A stretch of 50,375 nt of DNA, taken from Nanoarchaeales archaeon. Its GTDB lineage: Archaea; Nanobdellota; Nanobdellia; Woesearchaeales; UBA583. A program made the translations under genes and the position numbers. Below, one piece after another: positions 19,882 through 30,013 of this stretch (position 1 is the first letter of the stretch; every line of letters starts with the position of its first letter). Where the stretch lies: positions 1-50,375 of the forward strand of contig JABSQY010000005.1 of the NCBI GenBank assembly GCA_013215525.1. Reading direction: 5' to 3'. The notes beneath the pieces are model-generated. The model was given only the letters and a program-made list of their open reading frames with translations. It was not told the origin of the DNA and did not search any database.

Positions 19882-21306
19882 TTATAAAATAGTTTCTGGT
19901 TCGTATTTAGCCTCTTTAGAATATTTTTCTAAAAGTTCATTTGTAATTTCACATACTTCTTGAATTTGTTTTTTTGCTTTTCCAATAAATTTGTTTTTAT
20001 CACTTAAAATTTCTTCAATTACTTGTTTTGTAATTCCTACTTTATTTAATATTTCTTCATTTCCTAAATTTTCAGCAAGTTGAGGTTCTTTCCCTTGTCT
20101 CATATTTAATGCTTCATTAATTGCGTGTTTTTTAATAATCTCGTGCGCTTGTTCTCTTCCAATTCCTTTTTGAATTGCAAGCATTAAGATTTGTGTTGTT
20201 GCTAAAAACGGTAAATATTTGTCAACTTCTTTACTTATTACAGTTTCATAAGGTCCCATTTCATTTAAAATTGTAAGTGTTGTTTCTAATAATCCATCAA
20301 TTGTATAAAATGCGTCTGGAATTGCTATACGTCTTGTTACAGAACATGATACATCTCCTTCTTCCCATTGATTTCCTGATAAGTTTGCACTCATTGTTAG
20401 ATGTCCTTTTAATATTGCTGCAAATCCGTTTATTCTTTCTGAACTTCTTGTATTCATTTTGTGCGGCATTGCTGAGGAACCTACTTGACCTTCTTTAAAT
20501 CCTTCAGTTACTAAATCATATCCTGCCATTAATCTCATTGAGTTTGCAAAGTTTTCACATGCTGATGTGATTGCTACAAGTTTTGAAATTAATGATAAGT
20601 CAAAAGATCTTGGATATACTTGTCCAGTTGATTTTAATGTTTCTTTAAATCCTAATTGTGTTGCTACAATTTTTTCAAATTCAATTGTTTTTTCTTCTGA
20701 ACCTAATATTTTAATCATATCAATTTGTGTTCCAACTGGACCTTTAATACCTCTTAATGGATATTTTTCAATAAAATTTTCAAAATCTTTTATATGAAAA
20801 TATAATTCTTCAGCCCACATTGAAAATCTTCTTCCAAGTAAAGTTGCTTGTGCTGGTTGGTGGTGAGTTCTTGCAGTTAGAATAATATGGTCGTATTCAT
20901 TTGCTTTGTCTAACATGTGTTTTAATACAGAGATAGATTTTCCTAAAATTATTTTTGAAGATTTTAATATTTGCATTTGTTCAACATTGTCTGTTAAATC
21001 TCTACTTGTCATTCCTTTATGAATGTGTTCTGGCGCGTTTGCAGTTTTTACAAAACTTTCAATGTTTGCTTTTATATCATGTTTTGTTTTCTTTTCAATT
21101 TCTTCAATTTCTTCTAAATTAATATCATTTTTTGAAGACTCATATTTTTCAATATCTTCACTAGGAATATCAATTCCTAACTTTTTTTGCGCTTTCATTA
21201 CACTAATCCATAATTCTCTAAATGCGAGAATTTTACCTTTTTGTGAAAAAATTTCATTAATTTGTTTTGTTGTATATCTTTGAGATAAAACATTTTGATT
21301 TGTCAT
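19882..21306 (-). CDS. purB: Adenylosuccinate lyase PurB
   Basis: Fumarate-lyase signature GSSAMPHKMNTRSSE. 474 aa. Confidence 0.93.
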   Translation of the reverse strand: MTNQNVLSQRYTTKQINEIFSQKGKILAFRELWISVMKAQKKLGIDIPSEDIEKYESSKNDINLEEIEEIEKKTKHDIKANIESFVKTANAPEHIHKGMTSRDLTDNVEQMQILKSSKIILGKSISVLKHMLDKANEYDHIILTARTHHQPAQATLLGRRFSMWAEELYFHIKDFENFIEKYPLRGIKGPVGTQIDMIKILGSEEKTIEFEKIVATQLGFKETLKSTGQVYPRSFDLSLISKLVAITSACENFANSMRLMAGYDLVTEGFKEGQVGSSAMPHKMNTRSSERINGFAAILKGHLTMSANLSGNQWEEGDVSCSVTRRIAIPDAFYTIDGLLETTLTILNEMGPYETVISKEVDKYLPFLATTQILMLAIQKGIGREQAHEIIKKHAINEALNMRQGKEPQLAENLGNEEILNKVGITKQVIEEILSDKNKFIGKAKKQIQEVCEITNELLEKYSKEAKYEPETIL

Positions 21307-21406
21307 AATACTTTTTACTTTTTAGAGGTTATAAATATTACTAATTTGTCAAAGTTTTTACTTATCAGTGATACTATTCGAAATATTTATAAAGTTCAAT
21401 TTTTAA
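21307..21406. promoter_or_regulatory. Divergent promoter region purB-purC / purO-purH-purN
   Basis: 100-bp AT-rich spacer with TATA-like boxes facing both ways: ATATTTATAACC on the minus strand ~28 nt from the purB ATG, and TTTATAAA at 21387-21394 on the plus strand. Confidence 0.45.
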
Positions 21407-22177
21407 ATGTATATTATGATGGATTTAAGTAACTTAGAGAATATGGAATATAGTGGGAGAGGAATAGTAATAGGGATGACTCCAAATGGAACTCCTTTTG
21501 TAAATTATACTTTAACAGGTAGAAGCCCTTCAAGTCAAGCAAGAACTCTTGAATGGACCGAAGATGGAATTTCTACATCTCCAACAGATAAGAAAACTTT
21601 AGAAACGGGAAATAAAGCACTATTAGTGTATGATGCAATAAAGTTTTTAGAAAATGGATTAGTTATTAGTAATGGTGCACAAACTAATTTAGTTGCTCAA
21701 ACTTTTCAAAATTTTGATGGAAGTGGATACACTCTTAAAAATATTTTAAAAGAGTCATTTAGAAATCCATATATGATTGAAGATATTGATGTAACTGCAC
21801 ATGAACCAGATTCTCCAATTTTTACTCCTAGAATAACTGGAATTTTAAAAAATAATTTATTTGCTTTTGGAATTTGTAGAAGAGATGAGAATGGAGAGAC
21901 AAGTAGAGTTTATAGTAATGGGACATTAAAACCAGGTCAAGCACATTTTGTATCAACGTATAAGGGAGGAAATGAGAGTCCTATTGTTTTACCTTTTGAT
22001 TTAAATTCAGCTTTAGAAATGACTATTTCTGAGAATGATATTGGAAAATTAAATTCTGCTTTTACTAATGCTATTGTTTGTGATAGAGATAAACACTTTT
22101 TTGTAGCTAGTACAACAGTTGGTCTTAATAATAATAAATTTTCTTCTTATAACATTATTAACCGTGGCGATTTATAA
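21407..22177 (+). CDS. purO: Archaeal-type IMP cyclohydrolase PurO
   Basis: YSGRGIVIGMTPNGTPFVNYTLTGRS matches the PurO N-terminus ([24 protein letters not shown]). Spacing from the TATA box favours a start at ATG 21416 or 21419. Confidence 0.8.
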   Translation: MYIMMDLSNLENMEYSGRGIVIGMTPNGTPFVNYTLTGRSPSSQARTLEWTEDGISTSPTDKKTLETGNKALLVYDAIKFLENGLVISNGAQTNLVAQTFQNFDGSGYTLKNILKESFRNPYMIEDIDVTAHEPDSPIFTPRITGILKNNLFAFGICRRDENGETSRVYSNGTLKPGQAHFVSTYKGGNESPIVLPFDLNSALEMTISENDIGKLNSAFTNAIVCDRDKHFFVASTTVGLNNNKFSSYNIINRGDL

Positions 22178-23319
22178 TGGCAGGTGAAAATAGAACATTA
22201 CAATATAGGGAAAAGATGGATTCATCATCTATTCCAAATAATATAATTTTAAATTTAACACAAATTGAAGAATTAAGATATGGGGAAAATCCGGGACAAG
22301 CGGCTAAGTTTTTTGTAGAGTCTGGAAAAAAAAGTTCCTTTGAAGTTATAAAGTCAGGAAAAGGTGGGATGTCTGCAACTAATTGGCTTGACGTTTGTCG
22401 TGGTTATGATTTATTAAAACATTTTGATGATAGTTCAGTTGCTGTGATGAAACATGGTGTTCCTAGTGGAGTTGCTTCAGAGTATACAGATAGAACTTCT
22501 CAAAGAGATATTTATGTTGCGTCAAGAAATTGTGACATACGGTCTGCATTTGGTTCTGTTGTTGCATTTAATAAACCTTTAACAGTTGAGGCTGCAAATG
22601 AATTAAGTAAGTATTTTATTGAAGCAGTTTTAGCGCCTGAGTTTGAGGAAGGTGTACTTGGTATTTTAACTAAAAAAGCTGATATTAGAGCAATTATAAC
22701 TCCTAATTCTTCAAATTTACCTAAATATGAAGAGGATGAAGATGATAGAATTTTTTTAACAACATTACCAGGTGGTTTAATTTTAGCTCAGAAACCATAT
22801 ATGACTGGAATTAAAACTCATAATGATATTCAAAATTCTTATGAAATTGCAAATTCTGATGGACATAGTATTAGTCTTATTAAATCTGCTAATGAGGAAC
22901 AACTTAAAGAGATGGAATTTGCATGGAAAGTAAATTTTGGTGTTAGAAGTAATGGAATTGTTTTTACAAAAGATAGAAAAACTTTAGCAATTGGAACTGG
23001 AGAACAAGAAAGAGTTGGAGCAGTTGAACAAGCAATTGTTAAAGCTTATCAAAAACATGCAAGTTTACATAATATTGATTTTAATTCTTTAAATGGTATT
23101 TCAGATTTAGAAAAAATTATAAGTCCTTTACAGGGTTCAATTTGTTCATCAGATGCATTTTTCCCAAAACCAGATTCTATTGAAACGATGGCAAGAGTAG
23201 GAGTTGCAGGTGTAATTCAACCAGGTGGTTCTAAGGGAGATTATTCAATTGTTAAAGCAATAAATGAAAATAATATGGTTTTAGGTTTATCTGACAAGAG
23301 ATGTTTTGGACATTTTTAA
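22177..23319 (+). CDS. purH: AICAR formyltransferase (PurH, AICARFT domain only; no MGS-like IMP cyclohydrolase domain)
   Basis: LRYGENPGQAA motif and AICARFT core. 380 aa, so the bacterial N-terminal IMPCH domain is missing. Start overlaps the purO stop. Confidence 0.85.
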   Translation: MAGENRTLQYREKMDSSSIPNNIILNLTQIEELRYGENPGQAAKFFVESGKKSSFEVIKSGKGGMSATNWLDVCRGYDLLKHFDDSSVAVMKHGVPSGVASEYTDRTSQRDIYVASRNCDIRSAFGSVVAFNKPLTVEAANELSKYFIEAVLAPEFEEGVLGILTKKADIRAIITPNSSNLPKYEEDEDDRIFLTTLPGGLILAQKPYMTGIKTHNDIQNSYEIANSDGHSISLIKSANEEQLKEMEFAWKVNFGVRSNGIVFTKDRKTLAIGTGEQERVGAVEQAIVKAYQKHASLHNIDFNSLNGISDLEKIISPLQGSICSSDAFFPKPDSIETMARVGVAGVIQPGGSKGDYSIVKAINENNMVLGLSDKRCFGHF

Positions 23320-23417
23320 AATTGGAAAATTATTTAAATACAGGAACTGCTCAAAAAAATCCTTTTTTTCAAGGACTTAATTTTGGGTCTTTATATAGTC
23401 CTCAAGTACAAGGAAAA

Positions 23418-24242
23418 ATGAATGCTGCAGCTTTTATGAGTGGGTCTGGTTCTAATTTTGAAGAAATGTATGGATTAGAAAAAAGATTAGGAAATAATGC
23501 TCCATACAAAATTAAAGTTGTTGTTACAGATACAACAAAAGGATATATTAATGCAGGAAAAATTATTCAAAGAGTTACAGGAAATCAAGATACAATTCCT
23601 AGGATATTTTTGAAACCTTCTGTAATTATTGATGAAAGATTTAAAGGTAAAGATAATCCATTAAAAGAACGAGGTAGAACTCAATACGATATGGCTGTTA
23701 TTGAAGAATTAGATTCACATAATGTAAATTTTGGAATTTTAGCAGGATATATGAGATTATTATCAACTGATTTTATTACTAGATTAGGTTTTAATAATGT
23801 ACACCCATCACCTTTAAATGTAATTAATAAATTTACTGGAGAAAGAGAATTCACTGGGGATAATGCAGTTAGAGATCAAATTTTAGCAGGGAGAAATTAT
23901 TTACAATCAACTGTAAATGTTGCAAGAGCAGGAGCAGATACAGGAGAAATTTTAATGATTTCAAATAAATCAAATATTGATTTAGGTGGATATTCATTAG
24001 ATGATTTAAGAAATAATGATGATTTATTAAATAAAATAATTAGTTCTAATCAAGATAGATTAAAGAAAATTGGAGATTTAGATATTTTTCCAAAATCAAT
24101 GATTTTAACTGCATTAGGAAAATATAAATTTAATCCTAATGGTAAATTAATGTTTAATGATGTTGTAAAGTTTAAAAATTCTAGTGAAATGAAAATGGAT
24201 GAATTTAATAGAGCGTTAAAACACTTATCAATTAGAGTTTAA
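23418..24242 (+). CDS. purN: Phosphoribosylglycinamide formyltransferase PurN-like (with insertions)
   Basis: MNAAAFMSGSGSNFE (PurN N-terminus), AGYMRLLS, NVHPSPL. The ORF is open from 23301, but Met at 23418 matches the family N-terminus. Confidence 0.75.
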   Translation: MNAAAFMSGSGSNFEEMYGLEKRLGNNAPYKIKVVVTDTTKGYINAGKIIQRVTGNQDTIPRIFLKPSVIIDERFKGKDNPLKERGRTQYDMAVIEELDSHNVNFGILAGYMRLLSTDFITRLGFNNVHPSPLNVINKFTGEREFTGDNAVRDQILAGRNYLQSTVNVARAGADTGEILMISNKSNIDLGGYSLDDLRNNDDLLNKIISSNQDRLKKIGDLDIFPKSMILTALGKYKFNPNGKLMFNDVVKFKNSSEMKMDEFNRALKHLSIRV

Positions 24243-24248
24243 CGTAAT

Positions 24249-24258
24249 GTTTATAATC
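24249..24258 (+). promoter_or_regulatory. TATA-like box upstream of purM
   Basis: GTTTATAATC centred ~26 nt upstream of ATG 24279. Confidence 0.35.
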
Positions 24259-24278
24259 TCTTAATTTATATATTTTTT

Positions 24279-25403
24279 ATGAGTGAAAAAATTACATATA
24301 AGGATGCTGGAGTTAATGTTGATTTAGGTAATGAGGCGTCAAAAATTTTTTATAAAGCGTCAAAATTATCTTGGAATAATAGGGTTGGAAAGTTTGGGGA
24401 AGTTAAATCTTCTCAGAATTCTTTTTCAGGTTTAAGATTTTTAGATTTAGGGGATACTCCAAAAGGTACTAAAGTTTCATTAAGTTCAGATGGGATTGGT
24501 ACAAAAGTTGAGATTGCTGAGAGAATGAAAAATCATTCAACAATTGCTTTTGATTTGATTGCAATGGTTGCAGATGATGCAGTTGTTAGAGGTGGAGTTC
24601 CTATTTCTTTAGCTACAGTTTTAGATGTTAATTCTTTAAGTAAAGATAAAAATGTTTTTAAGTATTTACAACAATTAGGAGAAGGATATACAAAAGCTGC
24701 AGATAGTGCTGGTATTTCAATTTCAAATGGAGAACTTGCAGAGTTGCCAGATAGAATTTGCGGGTATGGTGATTTTAATTATAATTGGGGTTCAACTCTT
24801 TTATGGGCATCAACGTCTGATAAATTAATTGATGGGTCTAAGGTTGAAGTTGGTTCAAGTGTTGTATTTTTACAGGAAAAAGGATTTAGGTCTAATGGTT
24901 TTTCTTTGTTAAGAAAAATCATGAAATCTAATTTTGGTGATGAGTGGCATAATAAAGAAGTTGATGGAATTAAGTTAGGAGAAGAAGCTTTAATTCCTTC
25001 AACAATTTATTGTAAATGTGTTGTTGATATGATTGGAGATTTAGGTGAAGATGCTAAGTGTAATGTTCAAGCTGTGTCTCATATTACTGGTGGAGGAGTT
25101 CCAGAAAAATTAGGAAGAGTTTTAGAAGAAGTTAATTTGGGTTTAGAATTAGATAATTTATATACTCCTAATGCTTTGATGTTAAAGTGTCAAGAACTTG
25201 CAAGTATTCCTGATGAAGAGATTTACAAGACTTGGTGTATGGGTCAAGGAATGGCAATTATTACTAATGAACCTGAAAAGGTTATAGCTATTGCTAAAGA
25301 ACATAATATTGATGCTAAAGTTGGTGGAAAAATTGTATCTGGACAAAAAATTAGAATTAAAAGTCAAGGTTTTTTTAAAAAAGATGAGTGGTTAGAGTTC
25401 TAA
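24279..25403 (+). CDS. purM: AIR synthetase PurM
   Basis: SSDGIGTKVEIA, MVADDAVVRG and SHITGGG motifs. 374 aa. Confidence 0.92.
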   Translation: MSEKITYKDAGVNVDLGNEASKIFYKASKLSWNNRVGKFGEVKSSQNSFSGLRFLDLGDTPKGTKVSLSSDGIGTKVEIAERMKNHSTIAFDLIAMVADDAVVRGGVPISLATVLDVNSLSKDKNVFKYLQQLGEGYTKAADSAGISISNGELAELPDRICGYGDFNYNWGSTLLWASTSDKLIDGSKVEVGSSVVFLQEKGFRSNGFSLLRKIMKSNFGDEWHNKEVDGIKLGEEALIPSTIYCKCVVDMIGDLGEDAKCNVQAVSHITGGGVPEKLGRVLEEVNLGLELDNLYTPNALMLKCQELASIPDEEIYKTWCMGQGMAIITNEPEKVIAIAKEHNIDAKVGGKIVSGQKIRIKSQGFFKKDEWLEF

Positions 25404-25698
25404 TTATCATTTTATTTTTTATTTTATTTTTATTTAAATTATAGTATTCTAATTTGGTTCAAATTTGAAACTAAGTTGTTATCCTTGAGTATGACACTCA
25501 ATTCTTTTATTAGATTCTTTGTTATTTATATTTATGTTAAAAATATTTTAATGTATATTATAGTTATATAATATTTAGATAGTATTAATATTTATTTATA
25601 TTGTGTACGTAATGTATATGTATTGTATAATATTAGATTTTAATTATTATTTAATTAATTTTTAACAATGTTTTTAAACATAAAATTTGTAATTTAAA

Positions 25699-27195
25699 AT
25701 GATGAGAAAGATAATTTTGATTTTATTTGTATTTTTGAGTTTTATTATTAGTTTTAGTATTGTAAATTCTGCAACTTTGTCTAATATTTATGATATTTCA
25801 GTTGAACTTGTGTCTGATAAATCTGAATATATTGAAGGTGAGGGGATGAAGTTGAGTTTAGAAGTTACTAATCCATCTAGCAAAGATGTTTTTGGGCAGT
25901 TGTCTGGGAGTTCTATTGTTGGAAATACTGGTTTTGATATTTCTTGTATTGAATTTAATTTTCCTAAATCTCAAGGTTTGTCACTTCAGATTTTATCTGC
26001 GCAGGCGCAAATGAGTTCTTCAAATACTAAGACAATTACCTTGTTTTCTTCTTGTGGAGGTTCTCAATCTCAGTCAACTCAGACAATTGTTGATAATAGT
26101 GTTGCTGTAAATTCTGTTGATTCAGAAGTTGTTACACTTAATCCTTTTACTTTAAAGTATAGTTTTAATGGAACTGATTATGAAGTGTTGAGTAATAGTT
26201 TAGATATTACAATTCGTAAGAAGACTGAAGAGGAGAAAGAGCAAGAACAAGAACAACAAGAACAACAAGAACAACAAGAACAACAAGAGCAGGAACAAAA
26301 GGAGCAACAGCAACAAGAACAACAACAGTCTGAACAAGAAAAACAACAACAGCAGCAAAATCAAAAGGAATCAGAACAAAATAAACAATCTGGTCAACAA
26401 CAACAAAACACACAGAGTAATGGACAACAACAAGCTCAAAATCAACAACAATCAGAGGAGCAGAAGTCTGGCGAAGATGGAGAGTCTAAAGATTCCGATG
26501 GTTCTGAGAATGAAATGCCTGAACTTCCAAAGGGGGAACAGTTAAGCCAAAAGAAACAACAAGCTTTGAAAAATAATCAACAAAATCAACAAAGTTTATC
26601 TCAATTAAAAAATGAGATTTCAAAGATTAAAGTTAATGAGTCACAGTTGTCAAAAAAGAATTTAAGTTTTAATAATCAAACTTTAAATCAAAGTTTAGAG
26701 TTACTTGAAGAAACTCAATTAAAAGAATTAGAGGATGAAAAGAATAATAATTGGAAAATTATATTTGCATCTTTATTGTTTTTTGGATTGTTATATTTTA
26801 TTTATGTTAGATATTTTAAAAAAGTTCCAGAAGTAGTTAACTCAAAAGAAATTTTAGAAGATGAAGTTCCATATTATTTAGAGTTACTAGATTTAGTTTT
26901 AGTTGAACTGGAGTATAAAAATCGTGTGAAGTTGCTTGCTCAGAGTGTGCGTGAGTTTTTGTTTGTTGAGAAAAATTTAAAAAAAGTTCCAACGAATAAT
27001 ATTGGATTAAAAATTACAAAAAATAAATTGTTTAAAGATATTTTAAAAAGAGCAGAATTTATTGAATTTGCTAGAAGTTTAGATAAGTTAGAGATTAAAG
27101 AGTTAATTATTAAATTAAAGAAAGAGTATAAAATTTTAGATAAAAAAGTTGATATAGTTTCAAATAAAAATATTAATGAGGTTTCAAAAAAATGA
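25699..27195 (+). CDS. Secreted/membrane BatD-like protein with a long Gln/Glu-rich low-complexity linker
   Basis: N-terminal signal/anchor helix, an Ig-like segment (SVELVSDKSEYIEGEGMKLSLEVTN), ~150 aa of Q/E repeats, a TM helix (IIFASLLFFGLLYFIYV) and a basic helical C-terminus. Its stop overlaps the moxR start (ATGA). Confidence 0.6.
   Translation: MMRKIILILFVFLSFIISFSIVNSATLSNIYDISVELVSDKSEYIEGEGMKLSLEVTNPSSKDVFGQLSGSSIVGNTGFDISCIEFNFPKSQGLSLQILSAQAQMSSSNTKTITLFSSCGGSQSQSTQTIVDNSVAVNSVDSEVVTLNPFTLKYSFNGTDYEVLSNSLDITIRKKTEEEKEQEQEQQEQQEQQEQQEQEQKEQQQQEQQQSEQEKQQQQQNQKESEQNKQSGQQQQNTQSNGQQQAQNQQQSEEQKSGEDGESKDSDGSENEMPELPKGEQLSQKKQQALKNNQQNQQSLSQLKNEISKIKVNESQLSKKNLSFNNQTLNQSLELLEETQLKELEDEKNNNWKIIFASLLFFGLLYFIYVRYFKKVPEVVNSKEILEDEVPYYLELLDLVLVELEYKNRVKLLAQSVREFLFVEKNLKKVPTNNIGLKITKNKLFKDILKRAEFIEFARSLDKLEIKELIIKLKKEYKILDKKVDIVSNKNINEVSKK
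26226..26460 (+). repeat. In-frame (CAA/GAA/CAG)n microsatellite-like coding repeat
   Basis: Runs such as caagaacaacaagaacaacaagaacaacaagaa encode EQEQQEQQEQQ... Confidence 0.8.
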
Positions 27196-28175
27196 GTCAA
27201 AATAAAGAATTATTAAAAAAAATTGAGAGTAAAGCAAAGATTATTAGTTCATTAAAAAATGAATTAGGAAAAGTTATTGTTGGTCAAAAAGAAATTATTG
27301 AGAAAACAATTATTTGTGTTTTAGCGAATGGGAATTTATTATTAGAGGGTGCGCCTGGTCTTGCTAAAACTTTATTGATTAACACACTTGCTGATGCTAG
27401 TAGTTGTAGTTTTTCAAGAATTCAATTTACTCCTGATTTATTACCTTCAGATATTATTGGAACTAAAATTTTTAATCAAAAAGATTCTACTTTTGAGACT
27501 AAAAAAGGTCCGATTTTTGCAAACTTTGTACTTGCTGATGAGATTAATCGTGCGCCACCAAAAACGCAGTCAGCACTTCTTGAAGCTATGGCTGAGAAAC
27601 AAGTTACAATTCTTGGAGACACATATAAATTAGATAAACCATTTTTAGTTTTTGCAACTCAAAATCCAATTGAACAAGAGGGGACTTATCCTTTACCTGA
27701 AGCGCAAATTGATAGATTTATGTTTAAGTTACTTGTAGAATATCCATCTAAATCTGAGGAACTTGAAATTCTTGAAAGAATGACTACTAATGTTTTCCCT
27801 AGCGCGAACGCGATTATTTCAAATGATGAAATTATTGAATTACAAACTCTTGTACGTGAGGTATATATTGATGATTTAGTTAAAGAGTATATTGTATCAA
27901 TTGTTGATGCTACTAGAAATCCAAAAGAGTATGATGTTGAGTATGGGAAATTTATTGAGTGGGGAGCAAGTCCACGTGCCAATATTTTTTTAACTCTTGG
28001 AGCAAAAGCGTGCGCGTTAGTTGATGGGCGTGAGTATGTGAATTCAGATGATGTGAAAAAAATAGTTTATGATATTTTACGTCATAGATTAATTTTAAGT
28101 TATGAAGCTGATATTGAAAATGTTTCAACACATGATGTGATTGATGAAATTTTAGAAAAGGTTAAATGTCCATAA
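27192..28175 (+). CDS. MoxR-family AAA+ ATPase
   Basis: Walker A LLEGAPGLAKT and Walker B/MoxR signature LADEINRAPPKTQSALLEAM. 327 aa. Confidence 0.93.
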   Translation: MSQNKELLKKIESKAKIISSLKNELGKVIVGQKEIIEKTIICVLANGNLLLEGAPGLAKTLLINTLADASSCSFSRIQFTPDLLPSDIIGTKIFNQKDSTFETKKGPIFANFVLADEINRAPPKTQSALLEAMAEKQVTILGDTYKLDKPFLVFATQNPIEQEGTYPLPEAQIDRFMFKLLVEYPSKSEELEILERMTTNVFPSANAIISNDEIIELQTLVREVYIDDLVKEYIVSIVDATRNPKEYDVEYGKFIEWGASPRANIFLTLGAKACALVDGREYVNSDDVKKIVYDILRHRLILSYEADIENVSTHDVIDEILEKVKCP

Positions 28176-28196
28176 ATTTAAGATGGTAAATTAAAA

Positions 28197-29036
28197 ATGA
28201 CAAGTTTATTAATTAATAAAGATTATAAAAAATTTAGATATTTGTTTAAGAATTCTAAAAATTTGTTTGCTGGAAAATATTCTTCAAAACTAAAAGGACA
28301 AGGTGTAGAATTTTGTGATTTGAAAGTTTATGAGTTTGGAGATGATGTTCGTAAGATTGATTGGAATGTGACTGCGAGAATGAATGTTCCTTTTGTAAGA
28401 GAATTTTTAGAAGAAAAAGATGCTTCACACTATTTTTTAATTGATGCGTCTGGAAGTATGTTTAATAAGTTAGATGAAATTAAAAAATTAGTTTCAACTT
28501 TAATTTTTGCTTGTAATGGTTTTTCAGATAATTTTTCTGTTGTTATATGTAGAAAGAATTTTTTAAAAGTTGTTCCATTGTCAAAAGGAAAAAAACATTT
28601 AATTAGATGTATTTATGAATTATCAGAATTAAAAGAAGAAGGGTTTGGAGATATAAATGTTGGTTTAAAATATTTATTATCTACAATTAAAAAGAATTCA
28701 GTAATTTCAATTATTTGTGATGATTTGGATTTAGCAGATGATACTTTAAGTTTTATTACAGCTCTGAAAAAAAGAAATAAAGTTAGTTATTTTAATTTTT
28801 ATAATTCAACAGAATTAGAGTTTGATTTAGGACTTGATGTGTTTACGGATTCTGAGTCTGGTGAAGATGTGATGTATGATTTGGATGATGATGAAGTTTA
28901 TGAAATTATTTTAAGTTTTAATAATAAGTTAAAAAATTGTGAGAAATTAATTAAAAGAACTGGATCAAAGTATTTTAATTTTGATTGTAAATCTAGTGTT
29001 GTTGATGCTATGAGACTTGAGAGGTTTGAGATTTAA
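28197..29036 (+). CDS. DUF58-family protein (MoxR-associated, vWA-like)
   Basis: GDDVRKIDWNVTAR and VREFLEEKD motifs characteristic of DUF58. Sits immediately downstream of moxR. Confidence 0.8.
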   Translation: MTSLLINKDYKKFRYLFKNSKNLFAGKYSSKLKGQGVEFCDLKVYEFGDDVRKIDWNVTARMNVPFVREFLEEKDASHYFLIDASGSMFNKLDEIKKLVSTLIFACNGFSDNFSVVICRKNFLKVVPLSKGKKHLIRCIYELSELKEEGFGDINVGLKYLLSTIKKNSVISIICDDLDLADDTLSFITALKKRNKVSYFNFYNSTELEFDLGLDVFTDSESGEDVMYDLDDDEVYEIILSFNNKLKNCEKLIKRTGSKYFNFDCKSSVVDAMRLERFEI

Positions 29037-29037
29037 A

Positions 29038-29991
29038 ATGACTGAATACCTTAAGTTTACTGATGCATGGATTGTATGGGTTGGAGTTATTTTTATTGTT
29101 TTATTTTTATTAGTATATTATTTTTATTTAAAGAAAAAGAAATATTTAGCAAAAAAAATTTCATCAAATTCGATGATAGGTTCTATTGTTCGTAAAAAGT
29201 CTAAGAAAGAATTATGGATGAATTTATTTTTAGTGTTTTCAATTTTTATGTTGTTTGTTGCGTTATCAGACCCTCATATTAGAATGAATGATGAGAAAGA
29301 AGGAATTTCTGTTGTGCTTGTGATTGATAGTTCTGGGTCAATGATTGCTAATGATTTTAAACCTAACAGGATGGAGGCTGCAAAGATTTCTGCAGCAAAC
29401 TTTGTTGAGCAAATGAATTTAAAAGATACAATTGGTGTTGTAAGTTTTTCAGATTCAACAAGAATTGTATCTTTTTTAAGACAGGACACAGACAAAATTA
29501 TTAATTCGATTGCAACTATTTCAGCGAATGGTAGAACTGCAATTGGTGATGGGCTTGCGATGGGTGTTGATATGGTTGCATCAATTCCTAATAAAAAAAG
29601 GCTTGTAATTTTGTTATCAGATGGAGAACAAACTGCGGGACAAATTTCTATTGAAGATGGTATTAAATATGCTCAAAGTGAGGATGTAATTGTGTATACT
29701 GTTGGAGTTGGTTCAAAGGATGAAGTTGTTCTTGGACACGATTTTTGGGGTAGGCCACAAGTTGCAAGACTTGATGAGAAAAGTTTGAAAAAGATTGCTC
29801 TTGAAACTGGAGGTGCATATTTTCGTGCTCGTGATAATGTTGCGCTTGAGAGTATTTATGAAAATTTACCAGATAGAATTAAGAAAGAAAAAGAACTTGT
29901 ATCCGTTAAAGAAGAAACTGTGGTTTTAGTAATTATTATGCTTATTTCAATTCTTGCTTTGAAGTATTATAAGCGTGTGAAAATTTGGTAA
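29038..29991 (+). CDS. Membrane-anchored von Willebrand factor A protein (BatA-like)
   Basis: Two N-terminal TM helices, MIDAS motif VIDSSGSM, a C-terminal TM helix. The ORF is open from TTG 29017; ATG 29038 directly follows the DUF58 stop. Confidence 0.85.
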   Translation: MTEYLKFTDAWIVWVGVIFIVLFLLVYYFYLKKKKYLAKKISSNSMIGSIVRKKSKKELWMNLFLVFSIFMLFVALSDPHIRMNDEKEGISVVLVIDSSGSMIANDFKPNRMEAAKISAANFVEQMNLKDTIGVVSFSDSTRIVSFLRQDTDKIINSIATISANGRTAIGDGLAMGVDMVASIPNKKRLVILLSDGEQTAGQISIEDGIKYAQSEDVIVYTVGVGSKDEVVLGHDFWGRPQVARLDEKSLKKIALETGGAYFRARDNVALESIYENLPDRIKKEKELVSVKEETVVLVIIMLISILALKYYKRVKIW

Positions 29992-30013
29992 TTTTAACGA
30001 AGTTAAAATTATT

